Positions 18,627 through 28,118 of a DNA stretch of 64,000 bases are shown in pieces (within the stretch, counting starts at the first letter, position 1; each line of letters begins with the position of its first letter). The notes beneath the pieces are model-generated. The model was given only the letters and a program-made list of their open reading frames with translations, was not told where the DNA came from and ran no database searches. Where the stretch lies: sequence record OR142618.1, one strand, 5' to 3'. The position numbers and the translations under genes were made by a program.

Positions 18627-19058
18627 ATGCAAAAACATGTTATAATGTCATCTAACCTAGCTAATTATAGATATGCACTAGGTGCAACTGATTTACTTAA
18701 TACTATTACTAATGAACTTAGTAGCCAGAAGTTTCCTCCCCATAATTTGATAAAGAATGCAGACGGTAGCTATTGTCTTGAATTAGCTCTTGCCGGTTAT
18801 GATAAATCCGAGCTAGATGTTTATGTAGATAGCAGAGAACGACTGTTAGTAATAGAAACAAAACCGGAACGAATTTTTAAAACTGAAGTAGAATACGAAC
18901 ACAAAGGTATTTCTAGTAAAGATTTTTCTGTCAAATTCAGACTTGTAGACGATCTTATAAATATATCTTCGTGCGGTATGAAAAATGGCATTCTAACAAT
19001 AAAAATTCAACCGCCAAGTCCTGCAGAATCACAACGAAAAGTAATTGATATAGAATAA
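18627..19058 (+). CDS. Small heat shock protein Hsp20 (IbpA-like)
   Basis: FPPHNL, LELALAG, Y.HKGIS, NGILTI. Confidence 0.92.
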   Translation: MQKHVIMSSNLANYRYALGATDLLNTITNELSSQKFPPHNLIKNADGSYCLELALAGYDKSELDVYVDSRERLLVIETKPERIFKTEVEYEHKGISSKDFSVKFRLVDDLINISSCGMKNGILTIKIQPPSPAESQRKVIDIE

Positions 19059-19065
19059 TGTTTAC

Positions 19066-19097
19066 AAATAAAAAGCTGGTATTCCAGCTTTTTATTT
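19066..19097. terminator. Bidirectional intrinsic terminator
   Basis: AAATAAAAAGCTGG-TATT-CCAGCTTTTTATTT. Confidence 0.85.
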
Positions 19098-19108
19098 TGC
19101 TATATAAC

Positions 19109-19136
19109 TTGACGACACTGTTTAAACATATATAAT
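19109..19136 (+). promoter_or_regulatory. sigma70-like promoter for clpS
   Basis: TTGACG-16 nt-TATAAT. Confidence 0.65.
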
Positions 19137-19172
19137 AATGTGTATCAATTACGATCAACTTGGGATTTAAAA

Positions 19173-19475
19173 ATGACTGTAAAGGTAGCTAATAAAGTTG
19201 AAACTTCGTCTACTGTATTTCAACCTAAGAAATATAATGTAGTTTTCCACAACGATAACAAAACCACTATGGAATTTGTTATGCAATTGTTAGTATATAT
19301 ATATGACTACGATGCATCTAGCGCATATAATACAATGATGGAAGTACATGAACGCGGCGCAAAGATTGTAGGCAGCTATACAAAAGAAATTGCAGAATCG
19401 AAACAGTCTAAATCTGTTCAACTTGCTATTAACAACGGTTATCCTGATTTTAAAGTAACTGTAGAAGAATCGTAA
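19173..19475 (+). CDS. clpS: ClpS N-degron adaptor
   Basis: PKKYNVVFHNDNKTTMEFV, MMEVHERG, EIAESK, V..EE; ATG 19173 preferred over 19140. Confidence 0.92.
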   Translation: MTVKVANKVETSSTVFQPKKYNVVFHNDNKTTMEFVMQLLVYIYDYDASSAYNTMMEVHERGAKIVGSYTKEIAESKQSKSVQLAINNGYPDFKVTVEES

Positions 19476-19549
19476 TACAGCAAAAACGGGGGTAGACACC
19501 TACCCCCTTCCCTATTATAATAAATAAAGCATATAGGGATATAAGAATT

Positions 19550-20098
19550 ATGAATGATTCCATAAAGAAATACATATCTATTGCAGAAGCTGCATCGTCC
19601 GTAAAGAAAATTCCTATCCCGTATTCCGTAAGTAGTCTTAGTCCTACTTTCTCTAAAGATTTAGTAGAACTACATTACGGAACACTCTATTCTAATTACA
19701 TATCTTCGGTAAACAAAGACCCCAGTAATAAATTTTCGTTTGCAGGTGCATACTTGCATGGAATTTATTTTAGTCAATTTACTGATTCTCAAAAAAGATA
19801 TTCTCCTTCCGGGATATTGTTAAAAGATATAAAATCTAAATTTACTTCATTTTCTAAATTTAAAAATGAGGTTATATCTGCATGCATGGATGTTCATGGT
19901 TCCGGATGGATTTATGTTTCTAATACCCTTGTAATAAAGGAAATCCCAAATCACGAAGTAAGAGACGATATATTCTTACTTATTGATTGTTGGGAGCATG
20001 CATATATGCTCGATTATAAAGCAGACAAGAAGTCATACTACGAGAATATATGGAATATATTTAATTGGGAATATCTGGAGGGTATGTATTCTCAATAA
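19550..20098 (+). CDS. sod: Fe/Mn superoxide dismutase with N-terminal extension
   Basis: PY...L.P, LHY, LHGIYF, GSGW, DCWEHAY, NW; TAAATA at 19521. Confidence 0.92.
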   Translation: MNDSIKKYISIAEAASSVKKIPIPYSVSSLSPTFSKDLVELHYGTLYSNYISSVNKDPSNKFSFAGAYLHGIYFSQFTDSQKRYSPSGILLKDIKSKFTSFSKFKNEVISACMDVHGSGWIYVSNTLVIKEIPNHEVRDDIFLLIDCWEHAYMLDYKADKKSYYENIWNIFNWEYLEGMYSQ

Positions 20099-20117
20099 AT
20101 AACTTCGGTGAATACTT

Positions 20118-20402
20118 ATGAGAACTAAAAAGCATTGGGATGAATGCCTCTTTTCTTTATCTTATGAAACTGCACAACACATGGCATTTGAATTAAAGGA
20201 ATTTGCCAAGCAAGCAGGATTTAATCCAAACGGTATTAAAGTATTGTCGAAAAAACAAATTCATAAATATGTAAAAGCTGATGCAGCTATTATGTGGGGC
20301 GAAGGTCCAGAGTGTTGGGCTAATTCGTTATTGTTTAAAGATTTATTAGGAGTATACGTATCTACCTATAAGGGTAACACAATTCTATTTCATGACAGGT
20401 AA
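20118..20402 (+). CDS. Hypothetical protein
   Basis: 94 aa; TAAATA at 20096. Confidence 0.55.
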   Translation: MRTKKHWDECLFSLSYETAQHMAFELKEFAKQAGFNPNGIKVLSKKQIHKYVKADAAIMWGEGPECWANSLLFKDLLGVYVSTYKGNTILFHDR

Positions 20403-20411
20403 TGCAAATAA

Positions 20412-20705
20412 ATGATAGATATACACACTATTGGAAAAGATTACACAGTAATCAATAAAAGAAATGGTGTATCTGTAACAGTTAGTGTGGTATTTTATAA
20501 AGATATTTTACGCAATATAAAACCATATTCTATAACTCAACCTATAGACCAATATGTAATTTATGTTTGTGAACAAATTAAACCAACTAAACCATATCAC
20601 TGGCATACTAATTATTCGGAAACTATTAACTTAGAACATTTAATAAAAGAAACATTACAGAATAATAAACAATTATTAATAATACAAGATTTATATACAG
20701 ACTGA
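20412..20705 (+). CDS. Hypothetical protein
   Basis: 97 aa ORF. Confidence 0.5.
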   Translation: MIDIHTIGKDYTVINKRNGVSVTVSVVFYKDILRNIKPYSITQPIDQYVIYVCEQIKPTKPYHWHTNYSETINLEHLIKETLQNNKQLLIIQDLYTD

Positions 20706-20772
20706 TATGGATAGCTTTTGCAACAAGAAGCTTGAAGATCGACACAAACGCATGACGTAATAAGGATTATAA

Positions 20773-21000
20773 ATGAAAACATTTGATTTTACTTTTGGAG
20801 TATATAGAGCTAAACAGTGTGAATGGAAAGGAAATTCTAAAACACAATGCGGAGCAAAACCTATAGAAGGAAAAGCATATTGTTTAGAACACTTTAAAAA
20901 GGCATATGTTAATATTTCTGAAGAAATGTTAGATAAACAAACAGAAGCACAGTTAAAGAAATTAGAAAAAGAAATGCCTGTGGTAATCGAAGAAGAGTAA
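20773..21000 (+). CDS. GcrA C-terminal-like Cys/His protein
   Basis: CEW......CG......YC.EH...AY resembles GcrA CRWP..CG..YC..H..AY. Confidence 0.55.
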   Translation: MKTFDFTFGVYRAKQCEWKGNSKTQCGAKPIEGKAYCLEHFKKAYVNISEEMLDKQTEAQLKKLEKEMPVVIEEE

Positions 21001-21031
21001 AAACAATCCCCGCAATTGCGGGGATTGTTTT
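21000..21031. terminator. Perfect 32-bp palindrome terminator
   Basis: AAAACAATCCCCGCAATTGCGGGGATTGTTTT. Confidence 0.85.
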
Positions 21032-21045
21032 ATAAGGAGATAAAA

Positions 21046-21690
21046 TTGGAACTTAAAACAAATGAGCAGAAATCTATAATAGGAACATTTGCAACTTTAA
21101 TGTTAACTAGAATATTTGCAGCCGCTGGCGCATATTTAGCATTAACTATGCCAATTCTTAATATGAATTTACTTGTGTGTATATTTTCATATTTTGCTAT
21201 AATGTTTATTATAGATTGTATTAGAACAAATGTGTATGTGTCTATTGTAGGGAGTGTATTTTTATTATTTTGGCAAGGAATAACATTGGGGAATGGATTA
21301 ACTGCGTTACTGGGGGAAGTAGCGCCATTATTAGTTTTAGTTATGTTTACTATAAGTTCGTTTTTATATATGTTTCTTTGTGCAAACGCAATTATGTCAA
21401 AAAACATTTTTAGTTTCGCGTCGTCATTTAATGTTTCTATAGCAATGACTTTGCTTGTGACTATAGTAATGTCCATATTATTAGATCTATCAGTCAGTTA
21501 TTGTATAGGCAGTATGATAATAAACGTGATTAATTGCGTGGTAATACTCAAAACATTAGAAGATTGTATAAACGAAAAATGTGAAAATATATCTATGCAA
21601 AAACTATCTACAACTGTAGTATTATTTTGGTACGATACAATAATGGAGTCTATAGAGAAACTTTTAAAACTATTTACATATAAGCGGTAA
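21046..21690 (+). CDS. Divergent BAX inhibitor-1/YccA-like multi-pass membrane protein
   Basis: About 7 hydrophobic segments; C-term LFWYDTIMESIEKLLKLF aligns by eye with BI-1 LYLDxINLFxxLLxI; TTG start after AAGGAG; directly upstream of ftsH. Confidence 0.55.
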   Translation: MELKTNEQKSIIGTFATLMLTRIFAAAGAYLALTMPILNMNLLVCIFSYFAIMFIIDCIRTNVYVSIVGSVFLLFWQGITLGNGLTALLGEVAPLLVLVMFTISSFLYMFLCANAIMSKNIFSFASSFNVSIAMTLLVTIVMSILLDLSVSYCIGSMIINVINCVVILKTLEDCINEKCENISMQKLSTTVVLFWYDTIMESIEKLLKLFTYKR

Positions 21691-21730
21691 ACAGTTATAT
21701 TACACACATAACCCCTTATAGGATCAAATA

Positions 21731-23461
21731 ATGCAACATATTGTTAAGTTCATAAAAAATAACAGATTTATTATTTTATTTCTTGTAATATGCATAACTG
21801 GACTTGCGTTAACGATTAATTACAAGCCGACTAGTGTGTCTATAAACACCTTTTTATCAGACGCAACGAGCGGTAAAATAATTAGTGTTAAATTAAAAGA
21901 AGATGGACAAACACTACAGTATACTACTAATACCTCAGACAGAAGAAAAGTAACATTCCCCGGAGATACCAGTAAATTAATAGAATCATTTCTTGAAGCA
22001 GGTGTTCCTGTAATAACAGAAGAACCTTCTACTCCTAGTCCATTCCTTACTAGTTTGGTGTCTGGACTTATAGTAATGTTAGTATTTTTAATTTTAATGG
22101 TATTCGTTTTGAAGCGAATGGGTCCTGGCTCTTCATTAGATGCAAAAAGTAAATCTAAACTTCGCAAGATAGAACCAAAAGACATTGAAGTAACATTTAA
22201 TGATGTAGCTGGTCACACTCATGAAATAAATGAAGTAAAAGAGTTAGTTGATTTTATTGCTCATCGATCTAAGTATTCTAGTATGGGAATAGATGTGCCT
22301 CGTGGAATTCTAATGCACGGCAGTCCAGGCGTCGGAAAAACACTTTTAGCAAAGGCAATGGCAAAAGAGGCAAATGTTAATTTTTTCTATGTTGCCGGAT
22401 CTGAGTTTAATGATACATTTGTTGGTGTGGGTGCAAACCGTGTAACAGATATGTTTAAAAAAGCAAAGGAAGCTGCGCCGTGCATTATTTTTATAGACGA
22501 AATTGATGCACTTGCACAACAACGTTCTACTAAAATATCTAATGGGTCAGACCAAACACTCAATCAGTTATTAGTAGAAATGGACGGAATGCAAGATAAC
22601 GACGGTATTACAATTCTTGCAGCTACTAATAGACTAGATATATTAGATCCGGCTGTCATTCGTCCTAAACGATTTGACAGAATTGTTCAACTAAGTTTAC
22701 CTGATGTGGGGATTAGACAGAAGATTTTAGAAATAAATGCAAATGGAAAAACATTTGAAGACAATGTAGATTTTTCAGTAATAGCAAAAGGAACTCCTGG
22801 ATTCTCTGGTGCTGAGTTAGCTAAACTAGTCAATGAGGCTGCAATCTATGCAGTAAGGTCTGGACAAACTGTAATTACCCAGGAGCATATAGAACGAGCA
22901 AAAGATAAGGTGTTAATGGGTGAAAATTCGACAAAGAAATATACCCAAGAAGAATTGCTTCGTACTGCATACCATGAAGCCGGTCATGCAATATCGGGTG
23001 TAATTTACAAATCCAATGATAACTTGCATAAAGTATCTATCATTCCTCGAGGTCTAGCACTAGGTGTAACTGTATTTCTTCCTAACGAAGAGCCTTCTGT
23101 TAGCAAAGAGCAGCTCATGAATAAATTAGTTACTTTAATGGCAGGCCGTGCAGCAGAAGAACTCATATACGGTGAGTCTGCAATATCCACCGGCGCAAGT
23201 TCAGATATAAAGAGAGCAACTGAACTTGCAGTATACATGACTACATCGTGTGGTTTCGGTAGTATAGGACCGGTTGCGACATCGACCCTGTCTAGTTTGC
23301 AATCTAGTGCAGAACAAGATGCAGCAATTCTAGTAAAAGATGCGTACAATAAGGCTATAACATTACTTTCGGATAAAAAGGCTGAATTAAAACTTGTAGC
23401 AGACTTGTTAATGGAAAAAGAAACAATAGATTGTGCAGAAGTAGAACAAGTTCTTGCATAA
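21731..23461 (+). CDS. ftsH: ATP-dependent zinc metalloprotease FtsH
   Basis: Two N-terminal TMs, [39 protein letters not shown]. Confidence 0.97.
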   Translation: MQHIVKFIKNNRFIILFLVICITGLALTINYKPTSVSINTFLSDATSGKIISVKLKEDGQTLQYTTNTSDRRKVTFPGDTSKLIESFLEAGVPVITEEPSTPSPFLTSLVSGLIVMLVFLILMVFVLKRMGPGSSLDAKSKSKLRKIEPKDIEVTFNDVAGHTHEINEVKELVDFIAHRSKYSSMGIDVPRGILMHGSPGVGKTLLAKAMAKEANVNFFYVAGSEFNDTFVGVGANRVTDMFKKAKEAAPCIIFIDEIDALAQQRSTKISNGSDQTLNQLLVEMDGMQDNDGITILAATNRLDILDPAVIRPKRFDRIVQLSLPDVGIRQKILEINANGKTFEDNVDFSVIAKGTPGFSGAELAKLVNEAAIYAVRSGQTVITQEHIERAKDKVLMGENSTKKYTQEELLRTAYHEAGHAISGVIYKSNDNLHKVSIIPRGLALGVTVFLPNEEPSVSKEQLMNKLVTLMAGRAAEELIYGESAISTGASSDIKRATELAVYMTTSCGFGSIGPVATSTLSSLQSSAEQDAAILVKDAYNKAITLLSDKKAELKLVADLLMEKETIDCAEVEQVLA

Positions 23462-23488
23462 TATTAAGTAATTAAATAAGGCACTATT

Positions 23489-24859
23489 ATGATTCGTACA
23501 ATTTTAGACGAAATCGGAAATACTACTAAACGAACTACTAAATTAGCTATTCTAGAAAGAAACAAGGATAATGACACATTAAAAAAAGTAATACATTTGG
23601 CATTAAATCCATTTATTAACTTTTATATAAAGAAAATACCAGAATTCACGCGAACAGATACCATTCTTACCTTAGAACAAGCACTAACCGAATTATCTGT
23701 TCTATCTGATAGAATAAAAACAGGTAATGCTGCAATATTGCATCTAACATATATTCTTTCTAGTTTAACAGATGACGATGCAAATGTAATTATTCGGATT
23801 ATTAGAAAGGATTTACGCGCAGGGATACAAGATGCTACAGTTAATAAAATATGGAAGGATCTAGTACCTAAATATCCGTGCTTGCTAGCAGAACCCGCAA
23901 CAGAAACTCTTCTTAGTAAATGCAAATTACCATATTATTCTCAGATAAAATCAGACGGAACTAGAATTAATATTCATGTTAGTAAATCCGGAATTGTTTC
24001 ATTTTATGGAAGATCGGGTAAATCATACGATTTTAAAGATATTTTAGATGACGCATTTGTTTCGCTAATTAAATATTTCGACGAAGATATGGTTTTTGAT
24101 GGCGAATTAATAGTTGTAGATTCTAATAATAATATACTCCCCAGACGGACAGGAAACGGTATCATAAGTAAAGCACAAAGTGATACCATTACAGATAATG
24201 AAATAAAGAATGTAAGAGCAATTCTTTGGGATTGTATTCCTCTTAGATGTTTTAATGAACATAAATGCACTACACCCTATTCTAGTAGATTCGAAAGTTT
24301 ATCAAATGCAATACATAAATTGCAAGTAGATGATGATTATATAGAAAGTAAAATATATAATACTATTTTAGGAAATATAGGGCAAATTAGGTTAGCAGAA
24401 ACTCGTCTCCTTTATAGCAAAGAGGAAGTAAAAATCTTCTTCGACGAAGCAATATCTAGAAACGAAGAAGGCATAATGGTAAAATGTCCTGATAGTATAT
24501 GGGAAAATAAACGAAGTAAGTTAGTATTAAAATATAAATCAGAAAAAGTATGCGAATTAATTGTAACTGGGTTTAATTACGGAACAGTAGGTACTAAAAC
24601 AGAACATAAAGTTGGATCATTAATATGTGAAAGCTCAGACGGTAAGGTAATAGTCAACATATCTGGTTTAACTGACAGCGAACGCGATGATGCAACAGCA
24701 AATTTTGAAAATAAATGGAAACATAGCATAGTGAGTGTTATGTATAATGAAAGAATTAAAAGCGTAGACCGAATGGATGTTGATTCGCTTTTTCTTCCTA
24801 GATTTTTAGAAATAAGAACAGATAAATTTGAAGCAGATTCTAGCAAAGATATAAAATAA
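23489..24859 (+). CDS. ATP-dependent DNA ligase (T4 gp30-like)
   Basis: KSDGTR, FDGEL, EGIMVK, WENKRS, KYK, SLFLPRF. Confidence 0.95.
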   Translation: MIRTILDEIGNTTKRTTKLAILERNKDNDTLKKVIHLALNPFINFYIKKIPEFTRTDTILTLEQALTELSVLSDRIKTGNAAILHLTYILSSLTDDDANVIIRIIRKDLRAGIQDATVNKIWKDLVPKYPCLLAEPATETLLSKCKLPYYSQIKSDGTRINIHVSKSGIVSFYGRSGKSYDFKDILDDAFVSLIKYFDEDMVFDGELIVVDSNNNILPRRTGNGIISKAQSDTITDNEIKNVRAILWDCIPLRCFNEHKCTTPYSSRFESLSNAIHKLQVDDDYIESKIYNTILGNIGQIRLAETRLLYSKEEVKIFFDEAISRNEEGIMVKCPDSIWENKRSKLVLKYKSEKVCELIVTGFNYGTVGTKTEHKVGSLICESSDGKVIVNISGLTDSERDDATANFENKWKHSIVSVMYNERIKSVDRMDVDSLFLPRFLEIRTDKFEADSSKDIK

Positions 24860-24868
24860 GGATATTTT

Positions 24869-25030
24869 ATGATAAATGTAGGCGACGATGTTATTATTAA
24901 AACCGAATTTGGCGAGACAAGCGGCATTGTTATAAAATTTATATCTAATAAAACTATTGCTATAGTAGAATTAGAAGACGGTAACGAAATAGAAATAGGC
25001 AAAGGCGACTTAGAGTTGAGTAATAAATAA
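24869..25030 (+). CDS. Small beta-barrel-like hypothetical protein (53 aa), not in ORF track
   Basis: AAGGA RBS; MINVGDDVIIKTEFGETSGIVIKF...DLELSNK; fills the gap after ligase. Confidence 0.6.
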   Translation: MINVGDDVIIKTEFGETSGIVIKFISNKTIAIVELEDGNEIEIGKGDLELSNK

Positions 25031-25049
25031 TAAAAAAGGATATATTATT

Positions 25050-25559
25050 ATGACATTACCTTCTTCAGGTTCTCTTTCTACACAGCAAATTAACGTTGAA
25101 TTAGGAAATCCACAAGATGCTCGGTTAGATGTAAACGCTGCCGAAATGAGGATATTATGTGGTGCAGCAACTACAGGGCAAGTAAGTATTGCTGGCGCAT
25201 ATGGTAGAATGCCAACAGGACAATATATATTAACTTCTGCTCAGTTGCAAGCTGCACCGAATGCCCAATATGGATATAGAGTGTTTGCAACAGGTTCTAA
25301 AATAAACAATATTGTTTTTAAAGGATACAATTTAACTATAGTTGCATGGAATGATTACGATAAAGTGCTAGGAATAGGTGTCGATCAAACTAATGCACCA
25401 ACCAACTTAGTAACTAATTTCTGGAGTTCTGTAACTGGTTATTTAGGTGCACCAACACAATATACTTCAGATTTGGGAGGTAATACAGTATACGGATGGA
25501 CCTGGAATGGTACAAATCCATTCCCTGTATCTTCGGTTCAAATGGTGCAAATTGTGTAA
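25050..25559 (+). CDS. Putative tail/virion-associated protein
   Basis: MTLPSSG.LS..QINVELG N-terminus typical of phage fibre-associated proteins; TAAATA at 25024. Confidence 0.55.
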   Translation: MTLPSSGSLSTQQINVELGNPQDARLDVNAAEMRILCGAATTGQVSIAGAYGRMPTGQYILTSAQLQAAPNAQYGYRVFATGSKINNIVFKGYNLTIVAWNDYDKVLGIGVDQTNAPTNLVTNFWSSVTGYLGAPTQYTSDLGGNTVYGWTWNGTNPFPVSSVQMVQIV

Positions 25560-25588
25560 AATAAAAGGGCATTAAGCCCTTTTATTTT
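25557..25588. terminator. Intrinsic terminator
   Basis: AAAATAAAAGGGC-ATTAA-GCCCTTTTATTTT. Confidence 0.8.
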
Positions 25589-25655
25589 ATCATAATTGTG
25601 TATATATTTTATATATTTGGTGTTATAATGTATACAATAACAAGAGAATATTATA

Positions 25656-26429
25656 ATGACACCACGTTTAAAAGAATTACTAGAATCACTTATAATTTTA
25701 GATACAGAAACTACACATTTAGATACTCGTGTAGCAGAAATAATAGAATTAGGTATAGCGTCTTATACTAACAAATGGACTTATAGTAGTGAATTATTTA
25801 AACCCAGAGTTAATCATGCGCAAATAACTCCTAAAATAAGTTCTATAACTGGCATAACAGATCGTATGGTAGAGGGAAAACCTACTTTTGCCGATGTAGT
25901 CGACCAATACAAATCTATTACAAGCTGCCAACTAATAGTTGCACACAATGCTCCGTATGATAAAAAGGTATTAGAGAGATATAACATAGCATCTAGCACT
26001 AATTGGTTGTGTACTTTAAAACTTGCACGATATGCATATCAAACCGATCCTACTTTTGAAGAATTTAAATTATCTTATCTAAGATATAAATTAATGTTAG
26101 ATATTCCTGACGATTTCGTAGCGCATAGAGCAGGAGAAGATGCATATATGTGCGGTGTATTATTGGAACGAATAGTAACTGATTTAGAGTCTAAGAATAA
26201 ATTAGATAGTGATATACCGTATGCAGATCAACTTATAGAAATATCTAATAAGCCGTTAATGCTTTCGTCTATGCCATTTGGCAAACATAAAGATAAACCC
26301 TTAGATGAAGTTCCAATGGACTATTGGATTTGGGCATTAAATAATTTAGATGCATTAGACGAAACAAAACCCGAATATAATAGAGACTTAGCGTATACAT
26401 TAGAACAATATTTGAGCGACAAGATATAA
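25656..26429 (+). CDS. DEDDh 3'-5' exonuclease (ExoX/DnaQ-like)
   Basis: LDTETT, AHNAPYD, CTL, HRAGEDA; C-terminal MPFGKHK..L..VP.DY domain. Confidence 0.9.
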   Translation: MTPRLKELLESLIILDTETTHLDTRVAEIIELGIASYTNKWTYSSELFKPRVNHAQITPKISSITGITDRMVEGKPTFADVVDQYKSITSCQLIVAHNAPYDKKVLERYNIASSTNWLCTLKLARYAYQTDPTFEEFKLSYLRYKLMLDIPDDFVAHRAGEDAYMCGVLLERIVTDLESKNKLDSDIPYADQLIEISNKPLMLSSMPFGKHKDKPLDEVPMDYWIWALNNLDALDETKPEYNRDLAYTLEQYLSDKI

Positions 26430-26455
26430 AAATGCCCCGTACGGGGCATTTTTAT
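26426..26455. terminator. Bidirectional terminator between convergent genes (perfect 30-bp palindrome)
   Basis: ATAAAAATGCCCCGTACGGGGCATTTTTAT. Confidence 0.85.
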
Positions 26456-26823
26456 CTATCCATAATATTTCCGGGACCATATGGAATATCGTTGTATTGT
26501 TTATAACTAGGATCTATTTTTTGGTAAGGCTCAAACGGTAATCCTGCACGTTCTTTTGCCATTTGTAAACCTCTAAAACCAGGAGATTGTGTATCGTCGT
26601 TTTTTGGATGATTATTAAATGGTTTGTTGGCAGGATTTTTCGGAATAGTTTTAAATACAGGAGTCGGTCCGTCACCTGTCATACCCAAAACTGCATATCT
26701 CTTAATCTGTTTTTGATTATTAGTATATAATTCTGGATTGTAAAATGCATCAATGTCAGTGTTTGCAGCACCGTACAATTCTATATGTGTTTTATTTTCT
26801 AGTATTATTTCTTTTATTTTCAT
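26452..26823 (-). CDS. Hypothetical late protein with MKIKEIILE N-terminus
   Basis: Minus-strand GATAAATA at 26836-26829 ends 5 nt before ATG 26823. Confidence 0.6.
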   Translation of the reverse strand: MKIKEIILENKTHIELYGAANTDIDAFYNPELYTNNQKQIKRYAVLGMTGDGPTPVFKTIPKNPANKPFNNHPKNDDTQSPGFRGLQMAKERAGLPFEPYQKIDPSYKQYNDIPYGPGNIMDR

Positions 26824-26857
26824 AACAATATTTATCATACTAAACTTTAATTATAAC

Positions 26858-26886
26858 TAGACGATGTATAATAACATTGCTATTAT
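26858..26886 (+). promoter_or_regulatory. sigma70-like promoter for clpP
   Basis: TAGACG-17 nt-TATTAT. Confidence 0.55.
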
Positions 26887-26919
26887 ATACACAACGTAAA
26901 CAAACACAGGACTTATTAT

Positions 26920-27591
26920 ATGAGCTACAATTATACAGCACAAGGACAATATCCTACCGAAGCTGGTTTGATCCCTATGGTTGTCGAAAATAACGGCAAC
27001 GGCGAACGTAGTTGGGATATTTATTCCCGTCTTCTAAAAGAGCGTATTGTTTTTCTTAATGGTCCAGTTCGCGACGAGATGGCATCCGTAATTGTTGCCC
27101 AGCTTCTTTTCCTCGAATCGGAATCGGCAGAACAGCCCGTTTCGATGTATATTAACTCTCCGGGCGGCAGCGTTACTGCTGGTTTGTCTATTTATAACAC
27201 GATGGAATATATTTCGTGTCCCGTTAATACCATCGTGTTGGGCCAAGCATGCAGTATGGGGTCTTTCCTAGCACAAGCAGGTACTCCGGGGCATCGTTAC
27301 GTGTCTAGCGAATCCCGCACTATGATTCATCGAGCCAGCGGCGGCTTCGGGGGATTCGGCGGCACAACTCAACAAGTTGAGTTAGGAATTGAAGATGCTG
27401 TCCGCCATGCGGCAGAACTATCTAAAATTAACAAGCGTCTCACTGAGCTGTATGTTCATCATAACACTGCTGGCAAGACGTTCGACGAATTTATCGAAAT
27501 TATGAAATTCGACACATTCCTCTCTGCTCAAGAAGCAGTTGAGTTCGGGTTGGCAGACAAAGTATTCCGCACTAAAGCTGACCTGAAGTAA
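26920..27591 (+). CDS. clpP: Clp protease proteolytic subunit
   Basis: [21 protein letters not shown], catalytic S (ACSMG), H (MIH), D (KFDTF). Confidence 0.97.
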   Translation: MSYNYTAQGQYPTEAGLIPMVVENNGNGERSWDIYSRLLKERIVFLNGPVRDEMASVIVAQLLFLESESAEQPVSMYINSPGGSVTAGLSIYNTMEYISCPVNTIVLGQACSMGSFLAQAGTPGHRYVSSESRTMIHRASGGFGGFGGTTQQVELGIEDAVRHAAELSKINKRLTELYVHHNTAGKTFDEFIEIMKFDTFLSAQEAVEFGLADKVFRTKADLK

Positions 27592-27617
27592 CTATTCACT
27601 GTAGCTGGTGATAATTT

Positions 27618-27642
27618 AAGGGGACTTCGGTCCCCTTTTTTT
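27618..27642 (+). terminator. Intrinsic terminator with UUCG tetraloop
   Basis: AAGGGGAC-TTCG-GTCCCCTT then T run. Confidence 0.9.
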
Positions 27643-27714
27643 GTGTGAGCACTATTTGTTTAAGGTAATTTAAATAACACTATATAAATGTTGTGTGTAG
27701 TGTTTTAAATGCAT

Positions 27715-27743
27715 TAAAAACCCCGCATTATGCGGGGTTTTTA
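27715..27743. terminator. Bidirectional intrinsic terminator
   Basis: TAAAAACCCCGCA-TTA-TGCGGGGTTTTTA. Confidence 0.85.
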
Positions 27744-27800
27744 GTAATTGTGTTACAGCGCAAACACATAAACATTATACGCTAAATTGTGTTAAAAATG

Positions 27801-28031
27801 CTACTCGTCTATGTAATATTTAATGCGTTGAAATACTAACTCATCATATTCTTTAAATCTTACACGGGTTCCTAGCCTAACACATTTGTTTATTCCGAGC
27901 TCTGCTACTACATCGATAGCATCTTTTATATTTTTAAACTGTAATTGATTGTTTTTCCAAGAATTCCAGTTTGTAATATATGTTTTTGCATGCATATAAG
28001 ATTCGTTGTATGTTTTTTGCTCTTCAGACAT
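27801..28031 (-). CDS. Hypothetical protein
   Basis: 76 aa, divergent from 28119, AGGA RBS on minus strand. Confidence 0.6.
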   Translation of the reverse strand: MSEEQKTYNESYMHAKTYITNWNSWKNNQLQFKNIKDAIDVVAELGINKCVRLGTRVRFKEYDELVFQRIKYYIDE

Positions 28032-28062
28032 TGTATTTTCCTATATATTAAACGAAAACAAC

Positions 28063-28090
28063 TTGCTTTTGTATAAAATTATGTTATAAT
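28063..28090 (+). promoter_or_regulatory. sigma70-like promoter
   Basis: TTGCTT-16 nt-TATAAT with extended -10 TG. Confidence 0.6.
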
Positions 28091-28118
28091 TCTAGCATAA
28101 TAAAAAGGAGTAAGTCAA

